Assembly (NCBI GenBank): GCA_047947115.1
Contig: CP170459.1
Coordinates: 2,752,001 to 2,816,000, forward strand
Direction of reading: 5' to 3'
From: Verrucomicrobiota bacterium
GTDB lineage: Bacteria > Verrucomicrobiota > Verrucomicrobiia > Limisphaerales > AAA164-E04
Length of the DNA: 64,000 nt
This document shows positions 18,687 to 27,944 of the stretch, piece after piece. A program made the position numbers and the translations under genes. The notes under the pieces are model-generated. The model saw only the letters and a program-made list of their open reading frames with translations, was not told the origin of the DNA and made no database searches. Positions within the stretch are counted from its first letter, which is position 1; every line of letters begins with the position of its first letter.

Positions 18687-19844
18687 ATGGATCAGATGGA
18701 AACACATTTCATTCAAGTCGGCACAGAGGATCATCCTTTGGAACTCTATCATGGTGGAGGGTTGAAGGATGTCCACGTGGCTTACGAGACTTTTGGACGC
18801 CTCAACGAAGCGCGAGACAATGCCATCCTGCTCTTTCACGCCCTTTCCGGAAGCCAGCATGCCTCGGGTCTGAATCACCAGGTGGACGCAGCCGGTCCGG
18901 ATGGGCGTTATTGGACCGATGATTGTCATGAAGGATGGTGGTCTGATTTCATCGGGCCGGGAAAAGCGTTGAACACCGACCGTTTCTTTGTGGTCTGTGC
19001 CAACTATCTGGGGGGATGCTACGGCACCACGGGGCCTTCCTCTCTGAATCGTTCCACCGGTAAACCCTATGGTTCTCTGTTTCCGAGTATTGCCATTCGG
19101 GATATCGTCGATTCCCAGGCCCGTTTATTGGACGGCTTGGGTATCGAATGTCTGCATGCGGTGGTGGGGGGGTCCATGGGGGGGATGGCGTGTTTGAGTT
19201 TTGCAACCCGGTACCCGGATCGGGTGCGGGTGGTCATTCCGATGGCGACCAGTCTGTATGCAACGACCCTGCACCGCATTCACAATTTTGAGCAGATCTA
19301 TGCAATTGAGGCGGATCCGTTTTTTAACGGGGGCGATTACTATGAAGGGGAATATCCGGAGCAGGGCCTTGCCCTGGCCAGGATGATTGCTCACAAGACC
19401 TATGTTTCCCTGCACACCATGGAGGACCGCGCGCGTGATGAAATCATACAGCCATCCAGCGGGTTCAAACAATATCGGTTCAGTCACCCCATCGAATCCT
19501 ACTTGCTTCATCAGGGTACCAAATTCGTACGTCGATTTGATGCCAACACATATGTGCGGCTGTGCGAAGCCTGGTTGCGGTTTGATTTACTGAAGGAAGC
19601 AGGGAAGGAGGATTTTGAATCCTTGCTGGAACCTTGTGCCCATCAAAAATACATGATCTTCAGTGTGGATTCCGATGTTTGTTTTTATCCGGAAGATCAG
19701 GTTCAGATGGCTCGCATCCTCAAGCAAAGCGGCATCGACTGCCGACACATCACCATTCACTCCGAAAAAGGTCACGATGCGTTTCTGTTGGAGCCGGCTT
19801 TGTTGGAACCTCACTTGAGGCACTCCTTGGAAAATCCGTGGTGA
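18687..19844 (+). CDS. metX: Homoserine O-acetyltransferase (MetX family)
   Basis: YETFGRLN, HALSG, GGSMGG nucleophile elbow, RFDAN, GHDAFL; adjacent to metY; start taken at ATG 18687 (18696 also possible). Confidence 0.92.
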   Translation: MDQMETHFIQVGTEDHPLELYHGGGLKDVHVAYETFGRLNEARDNAILLFHALSGSQHASGLNHQVDAAGPDGRYWTDDCHEGWWSDFIGPGKALNTDRFFVVCANYLGGCYGTTGPSSLNRSTGKPYGSLFPSIAIRDIVDSQARLLDGLGIECLHAVVGGSMGGMACLSFATRYPDRVRVVIPMATSLYATTLHRIHNFEQIYAIEADPFFNGGDYYEGEYPEQGLALARMIAHKTYVSLHTMEDRARDEIIQPSSGFKQYRFSHPIESYLLHQGTKFVRRFDANTYVRLCEAWLRFDLLKEAGKEDFESLLEPCAHQKYMIFSVDSDVCFYPEDQVQMARILKQSGIDCRHITIHSEKGHDAFLLEPALLEPHLRHSLENPW

Positions 19845-20006
19845 GCACCTTGGATTGATAGTGGCTGCCATTGGAAATATCAAAAAAACTCGGCGTCACT
19901 GCGGCGCTATTTCCGATGCATCAGAACGGGGCTGAGAATCGGATAGCCTGGCAAATCCGGTTCGGTAAACACTTTTGGCAATCGGAATAAATCCCTTTGG
20001 GCAAAT

Positions 20007-20037
20007 AAAAACCGGCGGGGACGCATCCCCGCCGGTT
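20007..20037 (-). terminator. Intrinsic terminator between convergent metX and outer-membrane protein genes
   Basis: AACCGGCGGGGA-CGCA-TCCCCGCCGGTT with a U-tract on the minus strand. Confidence 0.85.
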
Positions 20038-20066
20038 AGTTTGGACCAACGATTAGCAACTCAGGA

Positions 20067-20930
20067 CTAGAAGCTGATAATCAAATCGACGGTGTAACGA
20101 TCATCAAAGATGCCGTCGTTACTGCTGAGGCTGTTTTCATAGGCGAACCCGAGATCAAGGTTCTTGTGCAGTTTGGAACGGAAACCAAAGCCCAAGGTGC
20201 TGTAGGTGTCGCCATCCGCCGCTGCGGAACCGAAATTGATCAAATCGTAACCTTCCACAGGAATACCGCCCGTGCCTCCGGACAACACTGTGAAGGAGTT
20301 GAATGCAACGAACGGAATGAACCATTTACAGGTATAGTAGTCGACTTGAGCGCTCCAGTGGAGGAAGGATGATTCGTCATCACCGTCGTTAGGGATGCGC
20401 AGTCCGACGCTGCCTGTCAGGTGAAGGTTGTCGGATCCTTTTACGGCGGTCACAAAAGCGTTCCACTCGCCGTTACCGTTGTTTTGGAATACGTCTGCCG
20501 AACCGGTCGGGATTTCCAGTTTGAGACCGGGGGTGACCAGTAACTGATTTTCTTCATCATCCACCACGGCGTATTTCAGACCGAAAGCAATATCAGCCCA
20601 GCCGCTGCCGGAGATGCCTGCTGCGGGCATGTCAAGATCGACGTAGCCATCCTTGGTTGCGATGATGGCCAACCTGTCATTGACAGCCCATCTCGCCTGG
20701 ACGGCATAAACATTGGCATCACCGCCACCGAGGAACGAGGTGGGTAATTCATGGTGGATGAAAATGGGACGAATTTCTGTGTTGATTTGTGCAGCCTCGA
20801 AAAACAGAGGATTTGTCACAGGGGCGATGGACTTGTCTTTCCAAGACTCGCCTTGCATTACGTTGGATTGTGAGAGAACCAAAGCCACGGTTCCAGCCAT
20901 TAGTAACTTGCATGGGTTATTCATACGCAA
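20067..20930 (-). CDS. Hypothetical outer-membrane beta-barrel protein
   Basis: Signal peptide, alternating amphipathic strands, C-terminal YTVDLIISF resembling a beta-signal. Confidence 0.7.
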   Translation of the reverse strand: MRMNNPCKLLMAGTVALVLSQSNVMQGESWKDKSIAPVTNPLFFEAAQINTEIRPIFIHHELPTSFLGGGDANVYAVQARWAVNDRLAIIATKDGYVDLDMPAAGISGSGWADIAFGLKYAVVDDEENQLLVTPGLKLEIPTGSADVFQNNGNGEWNAFVTAVKGSDNLHLTGSVGLRIPNDGDDESSFLHWSAQVDYYTCKWFIPFVAFNSFTVLSGGTGGIPVEGYDLINFGSAAADGDTYSTLGFGFRSKLHKNLDLGFAYENSLSSNDGIFDDRYTVDLIISF

Positions 20931-21056
20931 GTCATCTTAGCCCCTTTCAACTATTGCACCTCACCTGTGTTGCCCTTTTTATTACCGATTTTGTGGTGGG
21001 TTTCCCCAATAATGGGGCGGGAATCAATGTCTGTGTCCCGTCATGCTTTTGTCGAA

Positions 21057-21953
21057 CTATTCGGTGAGTCTGCGGTAGGCTTCCAGGTATTTGTTCTGGG
21101 TCTTGCTGACGATTTCAGCCGGGAGTGCCGGAGCAGGTGGAGTTTTGTCCCAGTCCAGGCTTTCAAGGTAATCACGCACGAACTGTTTGTCGAAACTTGG
21201 TTGAGCTTGTCCCGGTTGATAGGCGTCTGCAGGCCAGAATCGGGAGGAATCCGGTGTCAATACTTCATCAATAAGCAATAGGGTATCGTCCAGATAACCG
21301 AATTCAAATTTGGTGTCGGCAATGATGATTCCTTTTTCACGCGCGAAGGCTCTTGCCTGTTTGTAGATTTCCAGACTCAGGGTGCGCACTTTTTTCGCCG
21401 TTTCCAACCCGACAATCCGGGCGGCCTGTTCGAATGAAATGTTTTCGTCGTGGCCTGTTTCCGCTTTGGTGGCGGGAGTGAAGATAGGCTCAGGGAGTTC
21501 GGAAGATTCCTTCAGCCCGTTGGGCAGCCGGATGCCGCACACCGTCTGGTTTGCCTGATATTCCTTCCAACCCGATCCGGCAAGGTATCCCCGAACCACG
21601 CATTCGATTGCCAACGGTTTTGCTTTTTTAACGATCATGCTCCGCCCATTCACCTGTTCAGCGAAGGGTTGAAGTGCTGCTGGAAGCGGTTCATGACCGC
21701 CCAAGGCGCGGTGGTTGGGGACCAGTGCACTCATTTGATCAAACCAGAAGTGGGAAATTTGCGTCAGGATTTCGCCTTTGCCGGGAATTCCGTTGGGCAT
21801 GATGCAGTCAAAGGCGGAGATGCGATCGGTCGCCACAAAAAGAAACGTGTCTCCCAGGTCAAAAATTTCACGGACTTTGCCTGATTTTACATGTTGGATG
21901 CCTGGAAGGTTCAATTGCAGCAGTGCCGGGCGATGGATGTTTTGCAAGGACAT
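21057..21953 (-). CDS. purC: Phosphoribosylaminoimidazole-succinocarboxamide (SAICAR) synthase
   Basis: [58 protein letters not shown]. Confidence 0.97.
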   Translation of the reverse strand: MSLQNIHRPALLQLNLPGIQHVKSGKVREIFDLGDTFLFVATDRISAFDCIMPNGIPGKGEILTQISHFWFDQMSALVPNHRALGGHEPLPAALQPFAEQVNGRSMIVKKAKPLAIECVVRGYLAGSGWKEYQANQTVCGIRLPNGLKESSELPEPIFTPATKAETGHDENISFEQAARIVGLETAKKVRTLSLEIYKQARAFAREKGIIIADTKFEFGYLDDTLLLIDEVLTPDSSRFWPADAYQPGQAQPSFDKQFVRDYLESLDWDKTPPAPALPAEIVSKTQNKYLEAYRRLTE

Positions 21954-21971
21954 GTTCTGAGAATTAAGTCA

Positions 21972-22640
21972 TCAAGGGTTGTTACGAATTTTTATCAAAG
22001 TATCCGAATATTGACGTGCCAAAGAGGTGAGTGTGGACCAATCATCCTGTTCCATGATGGAGCGCGTCAGCAGAGAAGAACCTACTCCGAGTGCGACACA
22101 TCCTGCTTTCAGGAACGCTTCCATTGTTTCAAGATTCACCCCACCCGTCGGGACGATGGGCAAATGGGGCAGGGGAGCACGCAGTGCTTTGATGTAGTTG
22201 GGTCCCAGTCCGTCAGCGGGGAAGATTTTGACCATGTCGGCACCCGCCTCATAGGCCGTCTGCGCTTCGGTCGGGGTGTAGGCTCCCACCATGATGGGAC
22301 GATTGGCTGCGTGTGCCGTGGGGATCAGCTCAGTACGGGTGATCGGAGTGACCACAAACTGTGCACCGGCATCGAGAGCGGCCCTGCATTGATCGGGCTG
22401 AATGACCGTGCCCACCCCTACAATGGCTTCATCTCCAAAAGCATTTATGACGTCCGCGATGGCTTTCGGGGCATTGGGGGTTGAAAAAGTGATTTCAATG
22501 GCACGAATACCTCCATCGAGCAAAGCGCGAGAAATCGGCAAGGCCTGCTCCGTGCTCCTGGCCCTTACCACGGCGATCAAACCGGCCGATTTGAGGGACT
22601 CAACAATTTGATTTCTGGGTGATATGGGATTTTCGGTCAT
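21972..22640 (-). CDS. eda: KDPG/KHG aldolase
   Basis: IAVVR, GGIRAIEIT, VGVGTV, GAQFVVTP, TPTE, VKIFPA, PTGGV. Confidence 0.92.
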   Translation of the reverse strand: MTENPISPRNQIVESLKSAGLIAVVRARSTEQALPISRALLDGGIRAIEITFSTPNAPKAIADVINAFGDEAIVGVGTVIQPDQCRAALDAGAQFVVTPITRTELIPTAHAANRPIMVGAYTPTEAQTAYEAGADMVKIFPADGLGPNYIKALRAPLPHLPIVPTGGVNLETMEAFLKAGCVALGVGSSLLTRSIMEQDDWSTLTSLARQYSDTLIKIRNNP

Positions 22641-22718
22641 AGAGACGTGCGGGATGTTACCGTTCCGGACCTTTCAAGGCGACACAAATGGTATTCAAAA
22701 AAAAAATCAAATCAGCTC

Positions 22719-22747
22719 TTGAAATGCTCCAAAAGGCCACTTATAAA
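22719..22747 (+). promoter_or_regulatory. Sigma70-like promoter for tRNA-Gly
   Basis: TTGAAA-17 nt-TATAAA, with an A-tract upstream, about 20 nt before the tRNA. Confidence 0.6.
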
Positions 22748-22767
22748 GTTCTCACTCTTTTACGAGA

Positions 22768-22843
22768 GCGAGTGTAGCTCAGTTGGTAGAGCGCAACCTT
22801 GCCAAGGTTGATGTCGAGAGTTCGAATCTCTTCACTCGCTCCA
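22768..22843 (+). tRNA. tRNA-Gly (GCC)
   Basis: GCGAGTG acceptor stem pairs with CACTCGC; D arm AGTTGGTAGAGC; anticodon arm CAACC-TTGCCAA-GGTTG; TTCGAAT T-loop; encoded CCA; 76 nt. Confidence 0.98.
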
Positions 22844-22949
22844 TTTTTTTGTACTCATACCTTTTCTCCCGCCCATCGAGGGGTGTTTTCTTATTGACTA
22901 TAAGTGACCATAGAACACTATTTCCTTTGTAAGTCGATGAGAACCAACT

Positions 22950-25900
22950 TTGAAAATGGTGCGTAATACGATTTTTTACATCCTGTATATTCAGTTGTTC
23001 CTTTTGTTGACAGGTCAAGCTGGGGAATCTTCGCGGATCCTATCGGCATTCCTGACTGTCGGAGGTGGATTGCAAATGGAGTTCGAGGCCAGAGATGGAG
23101 ATTATTATACTCTTTATCACGGACATCATCCCCATGACATCTGCGTTCCACTTCAAATGGCTCTGCCGGAGGGGAGTAGTGGTCGCTTTTTGGTTGATCC
23201 GGAAATACTTTCGAACGCAGAACAGCATTTCTTTGTTTTGAGGTCTGCCTCCATGTCCGATCCTAGGGATACTGATATGGACGGCATTGATGATCTGTTC
23301 GAATGGTTCACTCCCCGCCTGAACCCGCTGGATGCTTCGGACGCCGCACAGGACTGGGATCATGATGGGGCAACCAATGTGGAGGAGTATGTCATGGGAA
23401 CCCAGTTGTCTGTTGCGGATGTCTTTCATCTGACATCTTTGATGGATGATTTGTTGGTTGAAAGGGTTCATGAAGATATTGTAATTCCCATTCGGGCTGC
23501 GTATGCCGACGGGCGTCCCGCGTCCTCTCAATGGGTGACTCTTGAAACGAGGCTTGGGGATGAGTTGACCCGGAAGGAAAAGTTCCTGACCAATGAAGAC
23601 GGGTGGATTCGACCAGTGATCACAGTCGCTCTGGGCACATTGAGAGTTACCTTTACCAGCGAACATTCTCCTAGGCCACTTGAACACTTGATTGCAAGCG
23701 CCCGGATGGAGGTCGTGGGGGATCAAGTGAAGCAGATGCCTGTTGGATCGGAAACTCGTTTTGAATTTCGTATTCTTGGAGATTTGCCGTTGGAAAAAAT
23801 GAAACGGCATCCCTTTCAGATCACAGCCCAACATGTCTCAGGTGATTATTTGCCTGTGACTGCCAGTAGTATCGATGGTTTTGGTGTTGCCAAATTAATG
23901 ACACCCGAGGGGGGCACGCGTGTTCATATTGCATCCCCTTTGTTTCCGGGGCAGGATCTTTTTGTTGAAGTGGAAGGTTTGGTATTTGCCGCGCACAAAT
24001 TGGAGTTTCCAGAACCTTCACCTTCAGATGGGCAAACGACCTGGGTGAAGCAAAATCAATGGAAACAGTTTTCTGTTCAGGCAAAAAATGAAGCAGGTCA
24101 ACCTCAACCAGGAGTTCCCGTCTCCTTCAGGATTCTTGAAGGAGTAGCGCGTTTTGGTCCTGACAAGGCGTTTACCGATCAAAACGGTGTTGCAAAAGTA
24201 TCCGTCCTGCCGATGGGGCCGGGTATTCTGTCCTTGGAGGTGACAAGTGGAGCGGTGCAACCTGCAGTGAAATCAGTCGCAACCAGGCCCATCACATACG
24301 AGCAGGATGTTCGTCCGGTTTTTGCCAAGTGTGTTGTCTGTCATGATGCGAATCATGGGTTACCCTTTGAAACGTACGAGCAGGTTCGCCATGGTGTGAG
24401 CCCGTGGACACAAAAGCCCGTGGTCAATGCTACTCAACCCGACTTGAGTCCGTTGATATATCTGACGGAACCGCCCTATGGAGCGATGTATCAGAATGCC
24501 CTGTGGGCAAATCCAGATGATCCCCTGACTGAAAACGATGCAGCACTACTAGGAGACTGGGTGCGTTCAGGTGCATTGAGATCGTTTGATCTGCCAGGTG
24601 CGCCTGAAGAGATACAGTTTGTATCTTTCCTAGACCAATTGGGCGTGCCTGAAACTCGATTTCCGGTTTCATTGACATTCAGGGTGTTGGATGGGCGTTC
24701 CCGGCCGGTTCCTCTGGCCGATGCTGTCGTTTCGAGTAACGTGTCAGGGGACATTCTCAAGACAAGTGGTAAAACAGATTTTGATGGAAAAGTGCATTTG
24801 ACTCTTGAGTTCGATCAGGATTCTCGAGATCGAAGAATCTTGATTCAGGTTCCCGAGAGCCCGGCAATGAAGACGTTGTCATTACCTATGAATCCAAGTT
24901 ATGATGCCGGATTTCTGGGAAGTTCAACCAGTCCCGTGGATCAGGCGTTGGCGGGAGTTTTGAAGGCGCACAATCTGTCACCAGCTCAACGCACCTCCAA
25001 AAGTGAGTTCCTCAGGCGGATTGTAGCTGATGCGACAGGGCGTCATCCTGACTTGAATGATCCGCTGATTGGGCCGGTCATTGCCGAGTATATCTCGGTT
25101 GATTCCGATACAAAGGAAGATCGAATGCGACTGATCGAAAACTTGGTGGACAGTGAGTTGTTCCTTGATCATTGGATAGGAGAGAGAATATCCACCTGGA
25201 TTGAAGTGCCTGCCGAAGCCGATCCGCGGCACGGATCCCCCAAGTTTGATGCACCGGTGAAAGCTTTATTGCAACAAAACGATTCACTTGGAGATTTGGT
25301 AGCGACCTTGGGTTTGCTTGGCGGCAATGGGCCGAGTTGGGAGTCAGTTCCATTTTCAGAAGCCGGTTTTGCCATTACCTCCACGCATGATGTCATGGAA
25401 TTTGGAAGGAATAGTCTGGATCAGTTATTGGGGGCGTTCACAGGTCAGAGCATTGCCTGTGCTCGTTGTCATGATCATAAATTGACGGGCCCAGAGGACG
25501 AAGTGACATGGACCCAGGAGCAAGCGCATGATGTCTACGCATTCTCAGTGTTGAACATTGCCGGACTGGACATGATTCAGATCGATGGCAGCATCAAGAA
25601 GCACGAAGTCGAGTTTCCGGTGTGGTGGGGTAGTGGGGATGAATTGCCTTATCGCTCGGAGATTGCTCTTGCGTCACCTGGCGGTGAATGGATCGCTAAT
25701 CAGATCCGGCATAGAGCGGAACTTTGGAGCTGGATCGTAAAAAGCCCCCTCTTTTCACGCGCTGTTTCGCATCGTCTTTGGGCGGAACTTTGGGCACCGA
25801 TGGTGGATCCTGTTGATATTCGAAACAGTACATTGGAACCTCTGAGGAAAAACGGTTTGATTGAAGTCATGCAGGCTTTGCAGGATCAATTCCTAGCGGA

Positions 25901-26462
25901 TGACATGGGGTTGCGGCGGTTTTTGAAATCCCTGTTTTCGACGCATGCCTACCAGCTTTCCTCTGAAGCTCCCGAGGGATACGCTGCTTTAGGGGATTCA
26001 TTTTTCGCAAGATTTCCAGTACGCAGGCACTTTGCCGAAGTGTTGGATCATGGCTTTTATTCCATTGCCCAATTTCCTTTCTCTGGACACGCATTTCTGC
26101 CTTTGAAACTGATGGGATATCCACAAAGACGTATCGTTCCATACTGGGACCATCGTAGAAATCCTGCAGGTGTTACCGAGGCTTTGATGTTGCTCAATAG
26201 CCGTGAGACTGTTGATTGGAAAGCCAATCACTTCCTATCGAGGATTCAAAATCAAACAGCTCTCAGTCTGGCTAAAGCAACCACAAGAGAGGCCAGAACG
26301 AGCCTGTATCTGGAAGCCGCACGAGAAATGGTTTTCCTTTCCCTGATGAGAGATCCAACGGAAGAAGAATTCGATGCGATTCGAGTCCTTGAACCCAGTG
26401 TGGAAAGTCTGGTGGATCTTGCGGTGGCCTTGGGAGTGAGTTCGGAGTTTGTTTTTAGATAG
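22950..26462 (+). CDS. Secreted multidomain c-type cytochrome: TSP3-like acidic repeat, Ig-like (Big_1-like) domains, planctomycete cytochrome c, DUF1549/DUF1553 (PSD1)-like domains
   Basis: DTDMDGIDD..NPLDASDAAQDWDHDG; ITYEQDVRPVFAKCVVCH; EFLRR; FTGQSIACARCHDHK; upstream of a DUF1501 gene. Confidence 0.75.
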   Translation: MKMVRNTIFYILYIQLFLLLTGQAGESSRILSAFLTVGGGLQMEFEARDGDYYTLYHGHHPHDICVPLQMALPEGSSGRFLVDPEILSNAEQHFFVLRSASMSDPRDTDMDGIDDLFEWFTPRLNPLDASDAAQDWDHDGATNVEEYVMGTQLSVADVFHLTSLMDDLLVERVHEDIVIPIRAAYADGRPASSQWVTLETRLGDELTRKEKFLTNEDGWIRPVITVALGTLRVTFTSEHSPRPLEHLIASARMEVVGDQVKQMPVGSETRFEFRILGDLPLEKMKRHPFQITAQHVSGDYLPVTASSIDGFGVAKLMTPEGGTRVHIASPLFPGQDLFVEVEGLVFAAHKLEFPEPSPSDGQTTWVKQNQWKQFSVQAKNEAGQPQPGVPVSFRILEGVARFGPDKAFTDQNGVAKVSVLPMGPGILSLEVTSGAVQPAVKSVATRPITYEQDVRPVFAKCVVCHDANHGLPFETYEQVRHGVSPWTQKPVVNATQPDLSPLIYLTEPPYGAMYQNALWANPDDPLTENDAALLGDWVRSGALRSFDLPGAPEEIQFVSFLDQLGVPETRFPVSLTFRVLDGRSRPVPLADAVVSSNVSGDILKTSGKTDFDGKVHLTLEFDQDSRDRRILIQVPESPAMKTLSLPMNPSYDAGFLGSSTSPVDQALAGVLKAHNLSPAQRTSKSEFLRRIVADATGRHPDLNDPLIGPVIAEYISVDSDTKEDRMRLIENLVDSELFLDHWIGERISTWIEVPAEADPRHGSPKFDAPVKALLQQNDSLGDLVATLGLLGGNGPSWESVPFSEAGFAITSTHDVMEFGRNSLDQLLGAFTGQSIACARCHDHKLTGPEDEVTWTQEQAHDVYAFSVLNIAGLDMIQIDGSIKKHEVEFPVWWGSGDELPYRSEIALASPGGEWIANQIRHRAELWSWIVKSPLFSRAVSHRLWAELWAPMVDPVDIRNSTLEPLRKNGLIEVMQALQDQFLADDMGLRRFLKSLFSTHAYQLSSEAPEGYAALGDSFFARFPVRRHFAEVLDHGFYSIAQFPFSGHAFLPLKLMGYPQRRIVPYWDHRRNPAGVTEALMLLNSRETVDWKANHFLSRIQNQTALSLAKATTREARTSLYLEAAREMVFLSLMRDPTEEEFDAIRVLEPSVESLVDLAVALGVSSEFVFR

Positions 26463-26471
26463 GGGAGTCTG

Positions 26472-27920
26472 ATGAAACTTGATAGAAGAAAGTTTTTACA
26501 AGGAGGATCACTGGGTATTGGCTCAAGTGTTCTGGGATTGAGTTGGTTGGATCAGGTGGTGTTGCAGGAGGTGGCTGCCAAGGATCTCACGTCGACACGA
26601 CAATATGATGCTGCAATTCTCGTTTATTACGAAGGAGGTCCTTCACAGATTGATTCATTTGATCCCAAACCGGGTTCCATTGGAAACCGTTATCCAGGGG
26701 TGATGGTTCCCGGACTCGAGGATATTTACGGCCAACCGGTTCAGGTTAGCAATCTGCTGTCAAGATTTGGGGCATTGGATGGCTCAAGTGGCATGCATGC
26801 CGAGGGGCACGGCACTATTCGGTTTGGGTTTATTCGAAGCATGCACCATGGAATTCCAGTGCACCAGTTTGCTCAAAAGTTTACCACCAATTTCTGGCAA
26901 AGCCCTGTTGGATTTGATTACCCGCCTGTGGCTCCTGTCATGTCCCACTATTTTTCCAAGTATGGGGCAACCACAGGGTTGCCGGGCTCGGTTTTTATTC
27001 GAGGAGGAACAGGGCGTGATGCCAATGCGCTGCGTGGAGGACGAGTGCCGCTGGCTCTTGAAGTGGATGGTTCCGTACAGGGGATGGATCTGATGCCTGA
27101 AATGTTACATGCTCCTGATGGGGTTCACCTGGCACAGCGTGTTCAACTTGCACAGTTGTTTAGTAACAAACATCGGCAAAAGCGTGATCAAGCGGAGATC
27201 ACCAGTTGGGTGCAATCTGTTAAACAGGCAGCTGAATTGACCTTGGGAGGTGTGGCAGAACAAGCTTTTCGATTGGATAAGAACAATTTGTTGTCCAAGG
27301 GAAACCCCAATATTTTCGAGGGTTCAAAACAGCGCTTCACTCTGGCAGCGCAGTTGGTTAAACACGGCGTTCCATTTGTACAGGTCGGTATTGAAGGCAA
27401 CGATGATGGACATTTCAACAACACCAAGGCGGTGGAAAACATTTTTGGGCAACTCACTGATGATCTTGTCAGGGAGATGGTGTTGTCACTGGAAGATTGG
27501 TGTGTGACTCAGCAGAAGAGGGTTTTGGTTTTAATGATGGGGGAGTTCGGGCGAAATCCACATCAGGTTCCCAAGTTAAATGGAGCTGATACACGCGGTC
27601 ACTGGGCCTCCGGTTTTACATGGTCGTTGATCTCCATCAATCATTCCCAGTTTCAGAGCACCGTCATTGGTGACACCGGCCCAGAAGGTGCCCATACCCT
27701 CAGCGATGGACCGCTGCTGCATCCTGTCCGTCCCAGTGCGGTGGGTGGGTTGTTGTATCATGTCATGGGATTTCCTCCGGACATGGCTGATAACTATGTT
27801 CAGATGATGGACGGGCGCATGGTCTCTCCTGTTGATTTGAGTTTCGTGAAAAATGAACCAGATGGTTCCATGGTTGAGGGAAACACACCCTGGTTGATGA
27901 AACAATTCGGTCTTGCTTAG
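26472..27920 (+). CDS. DUF1501 family protein with Tat signal
   Basis: DRRKFL twin-arginine motif; GGPSQIDSFDPKP, IRSMHH, MGEFGRNP, RGHW. Confidence 0.85.
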   Translation: MKLDRRKFLQGGSLGIGSSVLGLSWLDQVVLQEVAAKDLTSTRQYDAAILVYYEGGPSQIDSFDPKPGSIGNRYPGVMVPGLEDIYGQPVQVSNLLSRFGALDGSSGMHAEGHGTIRFGFIRSMHHGIPVHQFAQKFTTNFWQSPVGFDYPPVAPVMSHYFSKYGATTGLPGSVFIRGGTGRDANALRGGRVPLALEVDGSVQGMDLMPEMLHAPDGVHLAQRVQLAQLFSNKHRQKRDQAEITSWVQSVKQAAELTLGGVAEQAFRLDKNNLLSKGNPNIFEGSKQRFTLAAQLVKHGVPFVQVGIEGNDDGHFNNTKAVENIFGQLTDDLVREMVLSLEDWCVTQQKRVLVLMMGEFGRNPHQVPKLNGADTRGHWASGFTWSLISINHSQFQSTVIGDTGPEGAHTLSDGPLLHPVRPSAVGGLLYHVMGFPPDMADNYVQMMDGRMVSPVDLSFVKNEPDGSMVEGNTPWLMKQFGLA

Positions 27921-27944
27921 ACATCGCAGCAACTGAGGTTGGGA

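Noticed and set aside
19926..19990. TPP riboswitch (GGGGCTGAGA)
   Set aside because: Remaining conserved elements are absent and it lies between convergent 3' ends.
20931..21056. Riboswitch upstream of the outer-membrane protein gene
   Set aside because: No match by eye to cobalamin, Moco, TPP or c-di-GMP consensus elements.
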